Source: Octopus vulgaris
Lineage: Eukaryota
DNA: 64,000 bases
Assembly (NCBI GenBank): GCA_951406725.2
Contig: OX597822.1
Coordinates: 22,258,001-22,322,000, forward strand
Direction of reading: 5' to 3'
Shown piece after piece: positions 63,690-64,000 of this stretch (the stretch's first letter is position 1; each line of letters starts with the position of its first letter). The translations under genes and the position numbers were made by a program. The notes under the pieces were generated by a model. It saw only the letters and a list, made by a program, of their open reading frames with translations. It was not told the origin of the DNA and did not search any database.

Positions 63690-64000
63690 GCCTGAAGAGA
63701 AACTAGGAGACAGGTATATCTAGCCAAGGGAGAAGCAGAAAAGGAGTTTGCCTATGTTCATTACCGTGAAGATCAAAGAACTAAAGTGTTTTGGATTGAA
63801 AGACTGTGTGAAAGAAAATCGTGATGTCATAGGAGAGAAATGTGTCTGCATGGATGATGGTGCTCTTGCATTTAAGGATTCTGCAAAGAAAGAGGCTTGG
63901 AGTTGGCATTATGAAATACTGCTGAATGTGGAAAATGAATGGGAGGAAGAGAGCTTGCCAATGGTTGATGCAATTGATTGACCAGCTACCTAAATAGACA
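63690..64000 (+). pseudogene. RTE ORF2 linker fragment running off the window
   Basis: CVKENRDVIGEKCV..KKEAW..HYE.LLNVENEW, homologous to 24410-24700. Confidence 0.8.

Overview
AT-rich, microsatellite-dense eukaryotic DNA with no convincing host exon; almost every ORF in the track is either a microsatellite read-through or a transposon relic. The repeat content (abundant tRNA-derived SINEs, an RTE-clade LINE with (GAT)n tails, many Penelope-like elements, Helitrons, Tc1/mariner) resembles an octopus (coleoid cephalopod) intron or intergenic region; this organism call is inference. Main observations: (1) at least six sequence-unrelated Penelope-associated families carry minimal type-I hammerhead-ribozyme folds with family-specific core variants (G3-C8 swap, U4C, A6U, one extra base next to stem II), mostly in fold-back insertions beside (TA)n tracts. 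(2) One of these families has a tRNA-like Pol III head fused to the hammerhead tail. (3) A near-intact 1264-bp Tc1-like transposon has a DD36E triad. (4) An RTE LINE has a C4HC3 PHD finger inserted inside its reverse transcriptase and a tandemly amplified, hairpin-rich 3' UTR. Coordinates of decayed repeats are approximate, and all folds were made by eye.
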